Source: Deltaproteobacteria bacterium | GTDB taxonomy: Bacteria; Myxococcota_A; UBA9160; SMWR01 | Assembly: GCA_032128115.1 (NCBI GenBank) | Contig: JAQBHB010000047.1 | Span: 64,001-128,000 of the forward strand | Length of the DNA: 64,000 bases | Direction: 5' to 3' | In this document: positions 1 through 9,718 of the stretch, one piece after another | Layout: each line of letters starts with the position of its first letter | Numbering within the stretch: the first letter of the stretch is position 1 | Notes under the pieces: model-generated | Told to the model about the DNA's origin: nothing | The model's input: only the letters and a program-made list of their open reading frames with translations | The model's database searches: none | Position numbers and translations under genes: made by a program

Positions 1-894
1 TGCGAAGGACGGGTGGTGATCGTGACCGGGGCCGGCCGCGGCATCGGCCGCGCCCACGCGCTGGCGTTTGCGGCCGAGGGCGCCCGGGTGGTGGTGAACG
101 ACCTGGGGGTCGCCCTGGACGGCCAGGACGGCGCGGGCAGCCCCGCCGACCAGGTGGTGGACGAGATCCGCGCCGCCGGCGGCGAGGCGGTCCCCAACGG
201 AGCGGACGTGGCGGACTTCGAACAGACGGGCGCGTTGCTGAAGATGGCCATCGATCACTTCGGCCGCCTCGACGTGGTGGTCAACAACGCGGGATTCGTG
301 CGCGATCGCATGTTCGTGAGCGCCACCGAAGACGAATGGGACGCGGTGGTGCGCGTGCACCTGAAAGGCCACTTCTGCCTGGCGCGCCATGCCTGTGCCT
401 ACTGGCGCGAGCAGTCGAAGGCGGGCGCCGCCGTCGATGCGCGCATCATCAACACCAGCTCCGGAGCCGGTCTCCAGGGCAGCATCGGCCAGAGCGCCTA
501 CTCGGTTGCGAAGGCGGGAATTGCCACCCTCACGCTGATCCAGGCCGCCGAGCTCGGCCGCTACGGCGTCACGGCGAACGCCATCGCCCCCTCGGCGCGC
601 ACACGCATGACCGAGGGTGTCTTTGCCGACATGATGAACAAACCCGAGAGCGGCTTCGACGCCATGGCGCCCGAGAACGTCTCGCCGCTCGTGGTCTGGC
701 TGGGCAGCCCCGAGTCGAAGGACGTCACCGGGCAGGTCTTCGAGGTGGCCGGCGGCGCGATCAGCGTGGCCGACGGCTGGCGCGAGGGCCCGAAGCTCGA
801 CAAGGGCGGGCGCTGGCAGCCCGACGAGCTGGGTGCCGCGGTGGCCGATCTGCTGAAGAAGGCCGTGCCGGCCCAGAAGGTCTACGGGGCCTGA
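1..894 (+). CDS. Short-chain dehydrogenase/reductase, Rv3548c-like (steroid catabolism cluster type); 5' end outside window
   Basis: Frame is open from base 1 (CEGRVVIVTGAGRGIG); TGxGxGIG, NNAG and YSVAK (YxxxK) motifs; resembles Mycobacterium Rv3548c from memory. Confidence 0.9.
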   Translation, partial: CEGRVVIVTGAGRGIGRAHALAFAAEGARVVVNDLGVALDGQDGAGSPADQVVDEIRAAGGEAVPNGADVADFEQTGALLKMAIDHFGRLDVVVNNAGFVRDRMFVSATEDEWDAVVRVHLKGHFCLARHACAYWREQSKAGAAVDARIINTSSGAGLQGSIGQSAYSVAKAGIATLTLIQAAELGRYGVTANAIAPSARTRMTEGVFADMMNKPESGFDAMAPENVSPLVVWLGSPESKDVTGQVFEVAGGAISVADGWREGPKLDKGGRWQPDELGAAVADLLKKAVPAQKVYGA

Positions 895-897
895 TCC

Positions 898-2037
898 GTG
901 CACTTCGCCTTCACCCAGGAGCAGGACGAACTCCGCGAGGCCGCGCGCGGCTTCCTCGCCGATCACTCCTCCTGCGAACAGGTGCGGCTCGCCATGGAGA
1001 GCGAGCTGGGCTGGGACCGGGAGGTGTGGAAACGCATCGCCAGCGAGCTGGGCTGGCCCGCCGTGGCGATTCCGGAGCAGCACGGAGGACTGGGCCTGGG
1101 ACAGGTGGAGCTGGTCGCCCTGCTCGAGGTGATGGGAGAGTCGCTCCTGTGTGCGCCGTTCTTCTCGAGCGTATGCCTGGCGGCCAACGCGCTGCGGCTG
1201 GCCGGAAGTGAGGCGCAGAAGAACGAGCACCTGTCCGCGATTGCCGAGGGGCGCAGCCTGGCAACGCTGGCGTGGGTCGAGCCCGCGGGCGACTGGGGCG
1301 CCAAGGGCATCGAGGCGCTGGCGCGACGCGAGGGCGAGGGCTTCACGCTTTCGGGTACCAAGCGCTACGTGCTGGATGGTCAGTGTGCCGATCTGCTGAT
1401 CGTGGCGGCGCGGCGCGAGGGCAGCGCTGGAGAACAGGGCGTGAGCCTGTTCGCCCTGCCGGCCGACAACCCGGGCGTCGTCCGCACACCGCTTCCCACC
1501 ATGGACCAGACGAGGCGCCAGGCCGAGATCGTTCTCGACCACGTGCGCGTGCCCGCTTCCGCGTTGCTCGGAGAAGAGGGCGGCGGCTGGCCCGCCCTGC
1601 GCAAGACCCTGGATCTCGCCGCCGTGGCGCTGGCCGCCGAGCAGGTGGGCGGCGCCCAGCGCTGCCTGGACCTATCGGTCGCGTACGCCTGCGAGCGCGA
1701 GCAGTTCGGTCGCCCCATCGGATCGTTCCAGGCCATCAAGCACAAGTGCGCCGACATGATGGTGGCGGTGGAGTCGGCGCGGTCTGCCGCTTACTACGCG
1801 GCGTGCGTGGCCGAGGAGGATGGCGAGAATCTCACGCTGGTGGCGTCGCTCGCCCAGGCTGCCTGCTCCGATGCCTTCTTCCGCTGCGCGGCCGACAGCA
1901 TCCAGATCCATGGCGGCGTGGGATTCACCTGGGAGCACGACGTGCACCTCTACTTCAAACGCGCTCGCGCGAGCGAAGTCTTCCTGGGCGACGCCAGCTA
2001 CCACCGCGAGCGCATAGCCAGCGGGATCGGCCTCTAG
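898..2037 (+). CDS. Acyl-CoA dehydrogenase, probably the non-catalytic subunit of a heterotetrameric steroid ACAD
   Basis: REQFGRPIGSFQAIKH and QIHGGVGFTWE motifs; ends LGDASYHRERIA without the IYEG catalytic Glu. Confidence 0.88.
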   Translation: MHFAFTQEQDELREAARGFLADHSSCEQVRLAMESELGWDREVWKRIASELGWPAVAIPEQHGGLGLGQVELVALLEVMGESLLCAPFFSSVCLAANALRLAGSEAQKNEHLSAIAEGRSLATLAWVEPAGDWGAKGIEALARREGEGFTLSGTKRYVLDGQCADLLIVAARREGSAGEQGVSLFALPADNPGVVRTPLPTMDQTRRQAEIVLDHVRVPASALLGEEGGGWPALRKTLDLAAVALAAEQVGGAQRCLDLSVAYACEREQFGRPIGSFQAIKHKCADMMVAVESARSAAYYAACVAEEDGENLTLVASLAQAACSDAFFRCAADSIQIHGGVGFTWEHDVHLYFKRARASEVFLGDASYHRERIASGIGL

Positions 2038-2039
2038 CC

Positions 2040-2819
2040 GTGGGGAACGCGCTCGACTTCTCGGGCCACGTGGTGATCGTGACCGGCGGCGGCCGCGGCG
2101 TGGGGCGCGGCATCGCGGAGTGTTTCCTGGGCGCCGGCGCCGAGGTGGTGATCTGCGGACGCAACCAGCCCGAGAACCTGCCCGAGGCGAGCGGCCGCCA
2201 CGCGCACTTCGTGCCCGCAGACATCCGCGAGCTGGAAGCGATTGACGCCGTGGTGTCGTTCGCGAGCGAGCGCTTCGGGCGGCTGGACGTGCTGGTGAAC
2301 AATGCCGGGGGCGCCCCCCCAGCGGACGCAGCCACGGTCTCGCCGCGCTTTTCCGAATCCATCCTGCGCCTGAACCTGATCGCTCCCATGCACTTCGCGC
2401 AGAAGGCGAACGCCGTCATGCAGCAGCAGGAGCAGGGCGGGTCGATCCTCAACATCGCCAGCGTTTCCGCCATCCGCCCCTCTCCGGGCGCCGCCGCGTA
2501 CGGCGCGGCCAAGGCGGGCCTCCTGAGCCTGACCCAGACCCTGGCCGTGGAGTGGGCGCCGCGGGTGCGGGTGAATGCAATCACGGCGGGCATGATCCGC
2601 ACCGAGCAATCTCACCTGCACTACGGCGACGAAGCCGGCATCCGGGCCGTGTGCAAGACCGTTCCCCTGGGTCGCATGGCCGAGCCCCGCGACGTGGGCG
2701 ACGCCTGCCTGTTCCTGGCCTCGCCCATGGCGAGCTACGTGAGCGGCGCCAGCCTGCTCCTGCACGGAGGCGGCGAGAAGCCCGCCTATCTGGGGGCCGC
2801 CAGGAACACCGGGTCGTAG
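2040..2819 (+). CDS. Short-chain dehydrogenase/reductase, Rv3549c-like
   Basis: GTG at 2040 inside ORF 1272..2819; TGGGRGVG, NNAGG, YGAAK, LAVEWAP and C-terminal HGGGE.P.YL. Confidence 0.9.
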   Translation: MGNALDFSGHVVIVTGGGRGVGRGIAECFLGAGAEVVICGRNQPENLPEASGRHAHFVPADIRELEAIDAVVSFASERFGRLDVLVNNAGGAPPADAATVSPRFSESILRLNLIAPMHFAQKANAVMQQQEQGGSILNIASVSAIRPSPGAAAYGAAKAGLLSLTQTLAVEWAPRVRVNAITAGMIRTEQSHLHYGDEAGIRAVCKTVPLGRMAEPRDVGDACLFLASPMASYVSGASLLLHGGGEKPAYLGAARNTGS

Positions 2820-2863
2820 TCCGTGGCGGGGGCCGCCAGGCACACCGGGTCGTAGTTCGTGGC
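2792..2863 (+). repeat. 36-bp tandem duplication (2 copies, 2 mismatches) of the SDR 3' end including the stop codon
   Basis: 2792-2827 gggggccgccaggaacaccgggtcgtagtccgtggc vs 2828-2863 gggggccgccaggcacaccgggtcgtagttcgtggc. Confidence 0.9.
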
Positions 2864-2923
2864 CGGGAAGCCCGGGTCCATGGCCGGGTTCACGCAGAGG
2901 GCCGGCCTGCCGATTGAAATCTC

Positions 2924-3490
2924 GTGGCGGAGCCCGCGAAAGTCGATTCCCTGCCCCACGGGGTCCAGCGCGAGCCGGTCTGGCTGCCCACGGCCGGCCG
3001 CGTGGCGCTCGACCGACCCGGACTCGATCCGGGCGATTCCTGCAATACCTGGCCCTACATCGACCGGCGCCGGGTCCCCGATCGGCGGCGCCATCCGACG
3101 CGCTGGTGGGATTCCTTCCTGGGGCGGCAGCGCCGGGTGCGCGGTCGGCGCAAGGGCGAGATCCGCAACGTGTACGTGGACGTCTACTACCACGCCGACG
3201 TGGCGCTGGTGGTGGTGATCTTCCTGCTCAACCTGGCCGACGCGGCGCTCACCCTCGACTACCTGGGGCGGGGGGGAGGCGAGGGCAACCCGGTCATGGC
3301 CCGGTTCCTGGCCCTCGGCCCCCACGCCTTCGTGCTCGAGAAATGCATCGCCGTGGGCCTGTGTCTGCTGGCCCTGGCCATCCACAGGACTTTCCTGCTG
3401 GCCCGCGTGGGCATCTACGGCCTTCTCCTGGCGTACGGCGCCCTCACTGCCTACCACGCCTTCCTCCAGATCCAGATCCGGTTCGCCTAG
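2924..3490 (+). CDS. DUF5658-like membrane protein (start may be GTG at 3002)
   Basis: Arg-rich DRRR..DRRR/GRR N-terminus, YVDVY, LNLADAALT, GEGNPVM and three hydrophobic helices. Confidence 0.7.
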   Translation: MAEPAKVDSLPHGVQREPVWLPTAGRVALDRPGLDPGDSCNTWPYIDRRRVPDRRRHPTRWWDSFLGRQRRVRGRRKGEIRNVYVDVYYHADVALVVVIFLLNLADAALTLDYLGRGGGEGNPVMARFLALGPHAFVLEKCIAVGLCLLALAIHRTFLLARVGIYGLLLAYGALTAYHAFLQIQIRFA

Positions 3491-3638
3491 TTCCCGGGGC
3501 TCCTGCACGCCCGGCTCGCGGCGTCTGCGGTCGTTCTTCCGTGCGCCCACTCACACAGACGTCGCGCTCCGTTCCCGATATGAACTCCGACGCGGCCTTC
3601 TGGCGGGGTGGGCTCACGAAGTACGAGGAGAGCCGGCC

Positions 3639-4307
3639 ATGGACAAGAGACGATCGGGAGCCTCACTTGCGGAAGTCATGATCGTCGTGGCCGTGATCGG
3701 CATCCTGGCCTCGATGGCGATTCCGGCCACGGACAGCTGGATCTCGAACCAGAACGCCGCCGCCATGGCGCGTGCCACGGCCGATGCCTTCCTGATCGCG
3801 CGCGCGGATGCGATCCGCACCCGGAACCACCAGATCGTCTTCCTGGGGGCCGAAGGCGCCGGCGACGTGGCGGGAAACGACCTGTTGGATACGGAAGGCA
3901 ACCCGGTTCCGGTCCTCGTGCTCGATGACGGTCGACCGGGTTCGCCCGGTCAGAACTGCAAGATCGATTCGGGCGAGGCCACGCGAAGTCTGCGGACGCG
4001 TTCCGACAGCGCCTGGGGCTATTCGCTCGCCGGCGGCAGCAAGGCGCCGGGCGATACCACGTCGATCGCCACCGCGGGCGGCTCCACCTTCAGCACGCCG
4101 GGCGGTGCGGCCAGCACCTGGGTCGTGTTCCTGCCGGACGGCACGCCCCGAGGATTCGACGCCGCGTGCAACGTGGGCTCCCTGGGGAGCGGCGCCGGCG
4201 CCGTCTACATCACCAATGGCAATCGCGATTACGCGGTGGTCCTCACGCCCCTGGGTGGCGTGAAGGTCCACAGCTGGAATCCGACGGTGGCCCAGTGGTC
4301 GGACTGA
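3639..4307 (+). CDS. fimT: FimT/FimU (GspH-like) minor pilin
   Basis: Class III signal G|ASLAEV plus hydrophobic helix, ARADAI, VVFLPDG; first gene of the minor pilin operon; GAGGAG RBS. Confidence 0.85.
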   Translation: MDKRRSGASLAEVMIVVAVIGILASMAIPATDSWISNQNAAAMARATADAFLIARADAIRTRNHQIVFLGAEGAGDVAGNDLLDTEGNPVPVLVLDDGRPGSPGQNCKIDSGEATRSLRTRSDSAWGYSLAGGSKAPGDTTSIATAGGSTFSTPGGAASTWVVFLPDGTPRGFDAACNVGSLGSGAGAVYITNGNRDYAVVLTPLGGVKVHSWNPTVAQWSD

Positions 4308-4762
4308 ACGCCTCACGACGGTGCGCGTCCTGCCTCGACGGCGGCGTCGACGGCGGCTTCACGCTGATCGAGGTGACGATTGCGCTGGTGATCCTGGCTG
4401 CCGGCCTGCTGGCCATGTTGGCCGTGCAGATCCAGGCCATCCAGGGCGGACGCAGTGGACGCCACACCAGCGAAGCCTCGGCCCTGGCCCGGGATCGCAT
4501 GGAGGTACTGCACCGCGTGGCGTGGTCCGACGCCACTCTCGATGACACGGGAGACTGGACGGCGGCGGCGCAGATCGCGAACACGGTGCAGACGGAAGCG
4601 GCGACCCAGACCGAGCAGGTCTACGACGTGCGCTGGCGGGTGGACGACCTGGGCCTCAACCTGAAGTCGATCGACGTCCAGATCGTGTGGGACGAGCCCA
4701 AGCGCGCCGGCCGCAGCTACACCATTTCGAGCGTCCGCCACAACGACCCGGGGTCCACCTGA
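4295..4762 (+). CDS. pilV: PilV-like minor pilin (start uncertain)
   Basis: G|FTLIEVTIALVILAAGLL prepilin motif; position in operon. Confidence 0.8.
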   Translation: MVGLNASRRCASCLDGGVDGGFTLIEVTIALVILAAGLLAMLAVQIQAIQGGRSGRHTSEASALARDRMEVLHRVAWSDATLDDTGDWTAAAQIANTVQTEAATQTEQVYDVRWRVDDLGLNLKSIDVQIVWDEPKRAGRSYTISSVRHNDPGST

Positions 4763-5745
4763 TGCGATCCGAGGGTTTCACGCTGGTGGAATTGATGATC
4801 TCCATGGCCGTGATGACCACCGTGGGTGTCTACGTGTCCTACACGTTCTCGGCCTCCGACCGGGCCTATCACGTGGTCAACCAGGTGAGCGAGGTGCAGC
4901 AGAATTCGCGGATCATCTCCCACCTGTTGGAGCGGGACGTGCGCGTGACCGGCTTCCTGGTGCCGGAAGCTGCCGCCTTGTGTGGGGTCGACCGCACCAA
5001 CGGTCCGGACATCCTGTACGTGACCGACTCGGACGCCCTGGATCCTCTCAACGTGACTCGAAACGACCTGGGAGCCGCGATTGCGCTGGGCTTCAGCGGA
5101 GGCACCGGCGCCGACGACCTCACGCTGGAAGACGTGGTGCTGGACGGCGCGCCCTTCTACGACACGGATGGCAACGGAACGCCGGACAGCGATTTCCAGC
5201 CGGGGGGAGGCGCAATCATCGTCGATCGGGGGAACCCGGAGCGGGGATCCGCCTGCGGCGCCATCACCGCGGTGACGCCCGGAACGCGCACGATCGGCGT
5301 GGACTACTCCAGCCTGGGGGGTGGCTCGCTGGCGCCGATTCCGGCGGGCGGCAACCTGCCCGACCTGGTGGCCGTTCCCGCCCACCGGTACCAGGTCGTA
5401 GGGGACCAGCTGGAACGCGACGGCATGGCCGTGGCGAGCGAAGTCGAGGACCTGCAGATGGCGCTGTTCTTCGATCGCGACGGCGACGGCGCCGTGGCCA
5501 GCGAGGCGCTGGAGTATCCCGGATCCCCCACCGGGGTGACGTACCAGTCTTCGGCCTGGAACGCGGAGCAGCTTCGCGAGGCGCGCATCAGCCTGGTGAT
5601 GCGCGTGCGCCGCTCGGATCCCCGGTTCGAGCAGGGGCGATTCCAGGCCACCGAGAACCGCTCCCTTCCGGCAACGGGAAGCGACGGCTTCCGGCGCCGG
5701 GTGCTCACCGCCACTGTGCGTCCCCGCAACCTGGGCCACCGCTAG
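4762..5745 (+). CDS. pilW: PilW family minor pilin
   Basis: MRSEG|FTLVELMISMAV, VEDLQ motif, C-terminal RR....TVRPRN; TGATG overlap with pilV. Confidence 0.85.
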   Translation: MRSEGFTLVELMISMAVMTTVGVYVSYTFSASDRAYHVVNQVSEVQQNSRIISHLLERDVRVTGFLVPEAAALCGVDRTNGPDILYVTDSDALDPLNVTRNDLGAAIALGFSGGTGADDLTLEDVVLDGAPFYDTDGNGTPDSDFQPGGGAIIVDRGNPERGSACGAITAVTPGTRTIGVDYSSLGGGSLAPIPAGGNLPDLVAVPAHRYQVVGDQLERDGMAVASEVEDLQMALFFDRDGDGAVASEALEYPGSPTGVTYQSSAWNAEQLREARISLVMRVRRSDPRFEQGRFQATENRSLPATGSDGFRRRVLTATVRPRNLGHR

Positions 5746-5755
5746 GAGACCCGCC

Positions 5756-6256
5756 ATGCATCCCCCCCGCCACCGCGAAAGTGGATCGGCGCTCTTCGTG
5801 ACCATGATGATGCTGATCCTGATGACCGGCATGGCGATGGCCGCGCTGGACACGGTGACCCGCGACCAGCAGGTCGCCGGCTTCCAGAATCGGGTGACCT
5901 CGTCGTTCTACGCCGCCGAGGCCGGCGCTTCCGAAGCCCGCAATCTGGTGCGCGGCGTGGGCGATCGCACCGAGGCGCCCGCCTTCCACGCACCGGAATC
6001 GCCCGCCACGCTGGGCGACGCCGGAATCTACCAGTATGGGCTTCCCACCTATTACGGAGATCCGGCGGTGCTTCCCGATCCACCCATCCGCTATGTGGCC
6101 GACGGTGAGCCCTACTCCAACGGGGGCAACCTGCAGATGAAGGGCCAGCGCTTCGTCGAAACCCAGTGGCAGATCAACGTAGTGGGCAGCACGGCCGCGG
6201 GAGCGTCGACGCGAGTCGAGGTGATGGCCACCAAGATCCTGAGCCGGGGGTACTGA
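5756..6256 (+). CDS. pilX: PilX family minor pilin
   Basis: ESG|SALFVTMMMLILMT (no E5) and FYAAEAG motif. Confidence 0.85.
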   Translation: MHPPRHRESGSALFVTMMMLILMTGMAMAALDTVTRDQQVAGFQNRVTSSFYAAEAGASEARNLVRGVGDRTEAPAFHAPESPATLGDAGIYQYGLPTYYGDPAVLPDPPIRYVADGEPYSNGGNLQMKGQRFVETQWQINVVGSTAAGASTRVEVMATKILSRGY

Positions 6257-6259
6257 GCC

Positions 6260-9200
6260 GTGGATTCGCTCCACTCGAGACGAGCTGCGCGCGCGCGACT
6301 GGCATTCCTGGCCGTCGTCATCGGTCTGGTATTTCCGGGCGGGTCGGGACTTGCCGATGACACGGACCTGTTCTCGACGGCCGTGGCCCCGAATGTCCTG
6401 TTGGTGATCGACAACTCCGGGTCGATGAACCACCTGGTGTGGCACGAGGCCTACGACGCCTCACTCACGCCCACCTGTGACTATTACGACAACGGCCTGA
6501 GCTACGGCTACACCTCGGACTCGACGCTCACGCACTGCGGCAAATCGATCGTGCTCTACCACGATCCCGAGACGCTCCCCAACAATACGCGCATCACCGG
6601 GCGTTACCTGAACTGGCTCTTCAGCCCCGAGTCGACTCCCTACCAGGGCGAGATCGAGGGCGCCAACAACGGCAGCTACTCCACCTGCGTAGGCGGCGGC
6701 AGCTTCCACCGCTACCGCCGCTCGCGCATCACCGCTGCCAAGGACATCCTGCGAGACGTGATCTGCCAGGTGAACGCCGCGGGCGCCGTGCGTTTCGGCC
6801 TGGCCCAGTTTCGGGTGGCGGGCGATCCCAACGGTGGCTACGTGCGCGTGCCCATCGACGACTACACGGCCGCCCACGCCAGTGCCCTGGACGCCGCCAT
6901 CGACGTGGTGGACGCCAACACCTGGACGCCGCTGGGTGAGACCCTGTTCCAGGCCTACACTTACTTCATGAGCCGCGACGCCGGCGATCGACCTTTTGGT
7001 GCGGACGGCAGCACCCGTTTTCCCGAGTACGTGTACACCACCAGCGACAGCAACGAGGGCGGACCCTACAGCGCCTCGGGTGCTCCCACGGTGCCCGACA
7101 GCCCGGTGCAGTTCTGGTGCCAGAAGAACTTCGTCGTGATCATCACCGACGGCGAGCCCGCCAGGGACGACTTCGACGTGTCGACCCCCACCAACCAGGC
7201 TCAGGGCTTCGGCGATTTCGACGACTTGATCGGAGACTACAACCCGGATGGAGAGGGCGAGGAGCCCGGGGGCTTCCCGGGCTGCTCGGGCTGCGAGACG
7301 GCGCTGTACCTGGACGACATCGCCATGTTCATGCAGAAAAACGACTTCCGACCCGACGTCCCGGGTGACCAGGTGATCGACACCTACACGGTGGGATTCA
7401 CCACATCGGCGTTTGCCAACGCCGTCCTCGAGAAGACCGCCCAGGTGGGCAACGGACTCTTCTTCTACAGCAACGACGCGGAAGAGCTCTCCGCGGCGAT
7501 CGTTTCGGCCATCACCGACATCATCAAGAAATCCCAGTCCTTTACTGCGGCCACGGTGCCCGCCGCCCGTACGTCGGCGGATGGCAACCTCTTCACCAGC
7601 TCGTTCGTGCCGGCGAACGTACCCTACTGGGAGGGTCACCTGGAGAGCTACCGGATCACCGCGGCGGGCGAGATTCACGACGCCAACGGTGTATGCGCCC
7701 TGGACGACGCCACACCGGGCGAGTGCTTCGACGGTCCTTTCCTCTCCTCGGCGGTGCCGTTCTGGGATGCGGGGGAGGAGGTGCCAGCGCCCGGGAGCCG
7801 CAGCCTCTACACCACGTTGCCCGGGGTGAGCGGCCGGGTCGGCTTCGACAACGGCCTGTCGGCGGCCAACCTGGGCGTCGTGTTCCCACCCGGGGCCGCG
7901 TACCCGGGCAGCACGGCCCTGAACGCCGAGGGCCTGACCGACGAGATCGTGCAGAACGTGCGCGGTTGCGAGCTGGGGACCGGCGCGCCCGACGACGTTT
8001 CGAATCCCCGGGCCTGTCTGGCGCGACCCTGGCGCCTGGGTGACATCTTCCACTCGAGCCCGGTGCTGGTGGGAAGCCCCGCGTCGTTCCTGCCCGATCT
8101 CAGCTACAAGGGATTCGAGGGGCTTTACGGGCGCACGGCGCCCGGAGGTCCGCGGCCGCGCGTTCTCTACGCGGGCGCCAACGACGGCTTCCTGCGCGGC
8201 TTCCTGGCGGGCAGCTGGGATACGACGGCCTCGCCTCCCGCCTATGACCGGGGCACCGGGGAGGAGTTGTTCGGCTTCATGCCGTGGCCCGCCCGCCAGA
8301 AGATCCGCCAGCTGCCGTTGGACACGGGCAACCGCGATCAATACTTCGTGGATGGCTCGCCCTCGGTGGCGGACGTCTGGCTCTACTCGAATCCCCGGGT
8401 CAACACCAAGGTCTGCAACAATGCGATCGATTGCGAGTGGCATACGCTGCTGGTCAGCGGCCTGCGCGAGGGGGGCGCCGCCTATCACGCCCTGGACATC
8501 AGCGACCCGACGGCGGCAGGCTATCCGGGCGTGCTCTGGGAATTCCCGCGCGAAGATGATGCCAGCGGCGTCCAGGACTTCGTGGGGGAGACCTGGTCCG
8601 AGCCCATCCTCACGAAGATCCGTGTGCAGGTAGGAGTCGACGACAACGGCGGCGCCGGCTTCGAGCGCTGGGTGGCGATCTTCGCCGGCGGCTACCACCC
8701 GAACGGTGATCCCAACGACCACGCCGCCTACGACCCGAACGCCAGCGAAGGGCGAGCGATCTTCGTGGTGGACCTGACCTCGGGTCGGGTGATCGCCGAA
8801 AAGCGCCTGGACCTCTCGGCGTTTCCTGGCGATCCGGTGGGCGACATGCGCTTCGCCCTGGCAGCGACGCCCGCCGTTTTCGATCTGGACTTCGACGGCT
8901 TCGCCGACGTCATCTACGTGGGCGATCTGGGCGGCAACGTCTGGAAGTGGGTGATCGGCGCGATCGGCGAGGATCGGGTCAACGATGCCACGGGCCTCAC
9001 CAGCCAGCCCGCCTGGCCCTTCAGGAAGTTCTTCCAAGCGCCCAGCTACGACGACGGCTCCAACGTGTTCTACAAGAGCTTCTTCTTCGCTCCGGCGGCG
9101 ACCCTGAAGAACCACAAGCTGTGGCTCGCGTTCGGCAGCGGCGAGCGGGCGAATCTGCGCTTCCTCGGCGACACCACTACCCCCGCCGACAACAACCGCT

Positions 9201-9718
9201 TCTACGCCGTGCGCGACATCGATCCCCATGAGGCCAGCGCCGTTCCGGAGGCCACGCTCTCGGAGCTCGATCTGCTTGACGTGACGGCGGACCAGAGCTG
9301 CGCCGATGTGACGGCCTACCGGGGTTACTTCTTCATCACCGAAGAGGGTGAGAAGTTCGTGACCGATGTGGACCTGTTCGTGCACCAGGTGCTTGCGGCG
9401 ACCTTCACTCCCAGCACCACCGTGGAGCCCTGCGAGGCCAGTGGCAACGCCGCCCTCTACGTGTTCAAGATCGACTGCGGCCAGGGCTTCTTTGACGACG
9501 GCCTGGGCAACGATGTCCGCAAGGTCGACCTGGGCGCCGGAATTCCCAGCACGCCCAGGATCAGCATCGGAACCCAGGGCGACTCCAGCAACCGGGTGAT
9601 CATCACCACCACCGGCACGGGAAGCTCGGGCTCCAACATCGAGATCGAAAACCTGCAGGCGCCCCCGGGCTTCGACTCGGGACTGCGACAGTTCTACTGG
9701 AGGGAGCTCACCCAGTGA
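6260..9718 (+). CDS. pilY1: PilY1/PilC type IV pilus adhesin with N-terminal vWA domain and C-terminal beta-propeller
   Basis: Signal peptide, DNSGSM MIDAS, TPLGETL, IITDG, LGDIFHS, YAGANDG, YFVDGSP, DLDFDGFADVIYVGDLGG, terminal YWRE. Confidence 0.93.
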   Translation: MDSLHSRRAARARLAFLAVVIGLVFPGGSGLADDTDLFSTAVAPNVLLVIDNSGSMNHLVWHEAYDASLTPTCDYYDNGLSYGYTSDSTLTHCGKSIVLYHDPETLPNNTRITGRYLNWLFSPESTPYQGEIEGANNGSYSTCVGGGSFHRYRRSRITAAKDILRDVICQVNAAGAVRFGLAQFRVAGDPNGGYVRVPIDDYTAAHASALDAAIDVVDANTWTPLGETLFQAYTYFMSRDAGDRPFGADGSTRFPEYVYTTSDSNEGGPYSASGAPTVPDSPVQFWCQKNFVVIITDGEPARDDFDVSTPTNQAQGFGDFDDLIGDYNPDGEGEEPGGFPGCSGCETALYLDDIAMFMQKNDFRPDVPGDQVIDTYTVGFTTSAFANAVLEKTAQVGNGLFFYSNDAEELSAAIVSAITDIIKKSQSFTAATVPAARTSADGNLFTSSFVPANVPYWEGHLESYRITAAGEIHDANGVCALDDATPGECFDGPFLSSAVPFWDAGEEVPAPGSRSLYTTLPGVSGRVGFDNGLSAANLGVVFPPGAAYPGSTALNAEGLTDEIVQNVRGCELGTGAPDDVSNPRACLARPWRLGDIFHSSPVLVGSPASFLPDLSYKGFEGLYGRTAPGGPRPRVLYAGANDGFLRGFLAGSWDTTASPPAYDRGTGEELFGFMPWPARQKIRQLPLDTGNRDQYFVDGSPSVADVWLYSNPRVNTKVCNNAIDCEWHTLLVSGLREGGAAYHALDISDPTAAGYPGVLWEFPREDDASGVQDFVGETWSEPILTKIRVQVGVDDNGGAGFERWVAIFAGGYHPNGDPNDHAAYDPNASEGRAIFVVDLTSGRVIAEKRLDLSAFPGDPVGDMRFALAATPAVFDLDFDGFADVIYVGDLGGNVWKWVIGAIGEDRVNDATGLTSQPAWPFRKFFQAPSYDDGSNVFYKSFFFAPAATLKNHKLWLAFGSGERANLRFLGDTTTPADNNRFYAVRDIDPHEASAVPEATLSELDLLDVTADQSCADVTAYRGYFFITEEGEKFVTDVDLFVHQVLAATFTPSTTVEPCEASGNAALYVFKIDCGQGFFDDGLGNDVRKVDLGAGIPSTPRISIGTQGDSSNRVIITTTGTGSSGSNIEIENLQAPPGFDSGLRQFYWRELTQ

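Noticed and set aside
2792..2863. 36-bp repeat as a CRISPR array
   Set aside because: Two adjacent copies with no spacer and no cas genes
2920..2992. Possible c-di-GMP-I (GEMM) riboswitch upstream of pilus genes (gcGAAAgt, ggctgcc)
   Set aside because: The tetraloop stem is only 2 bp and the GCAAA/receptor elements are missing; an Rfam scan would settle it
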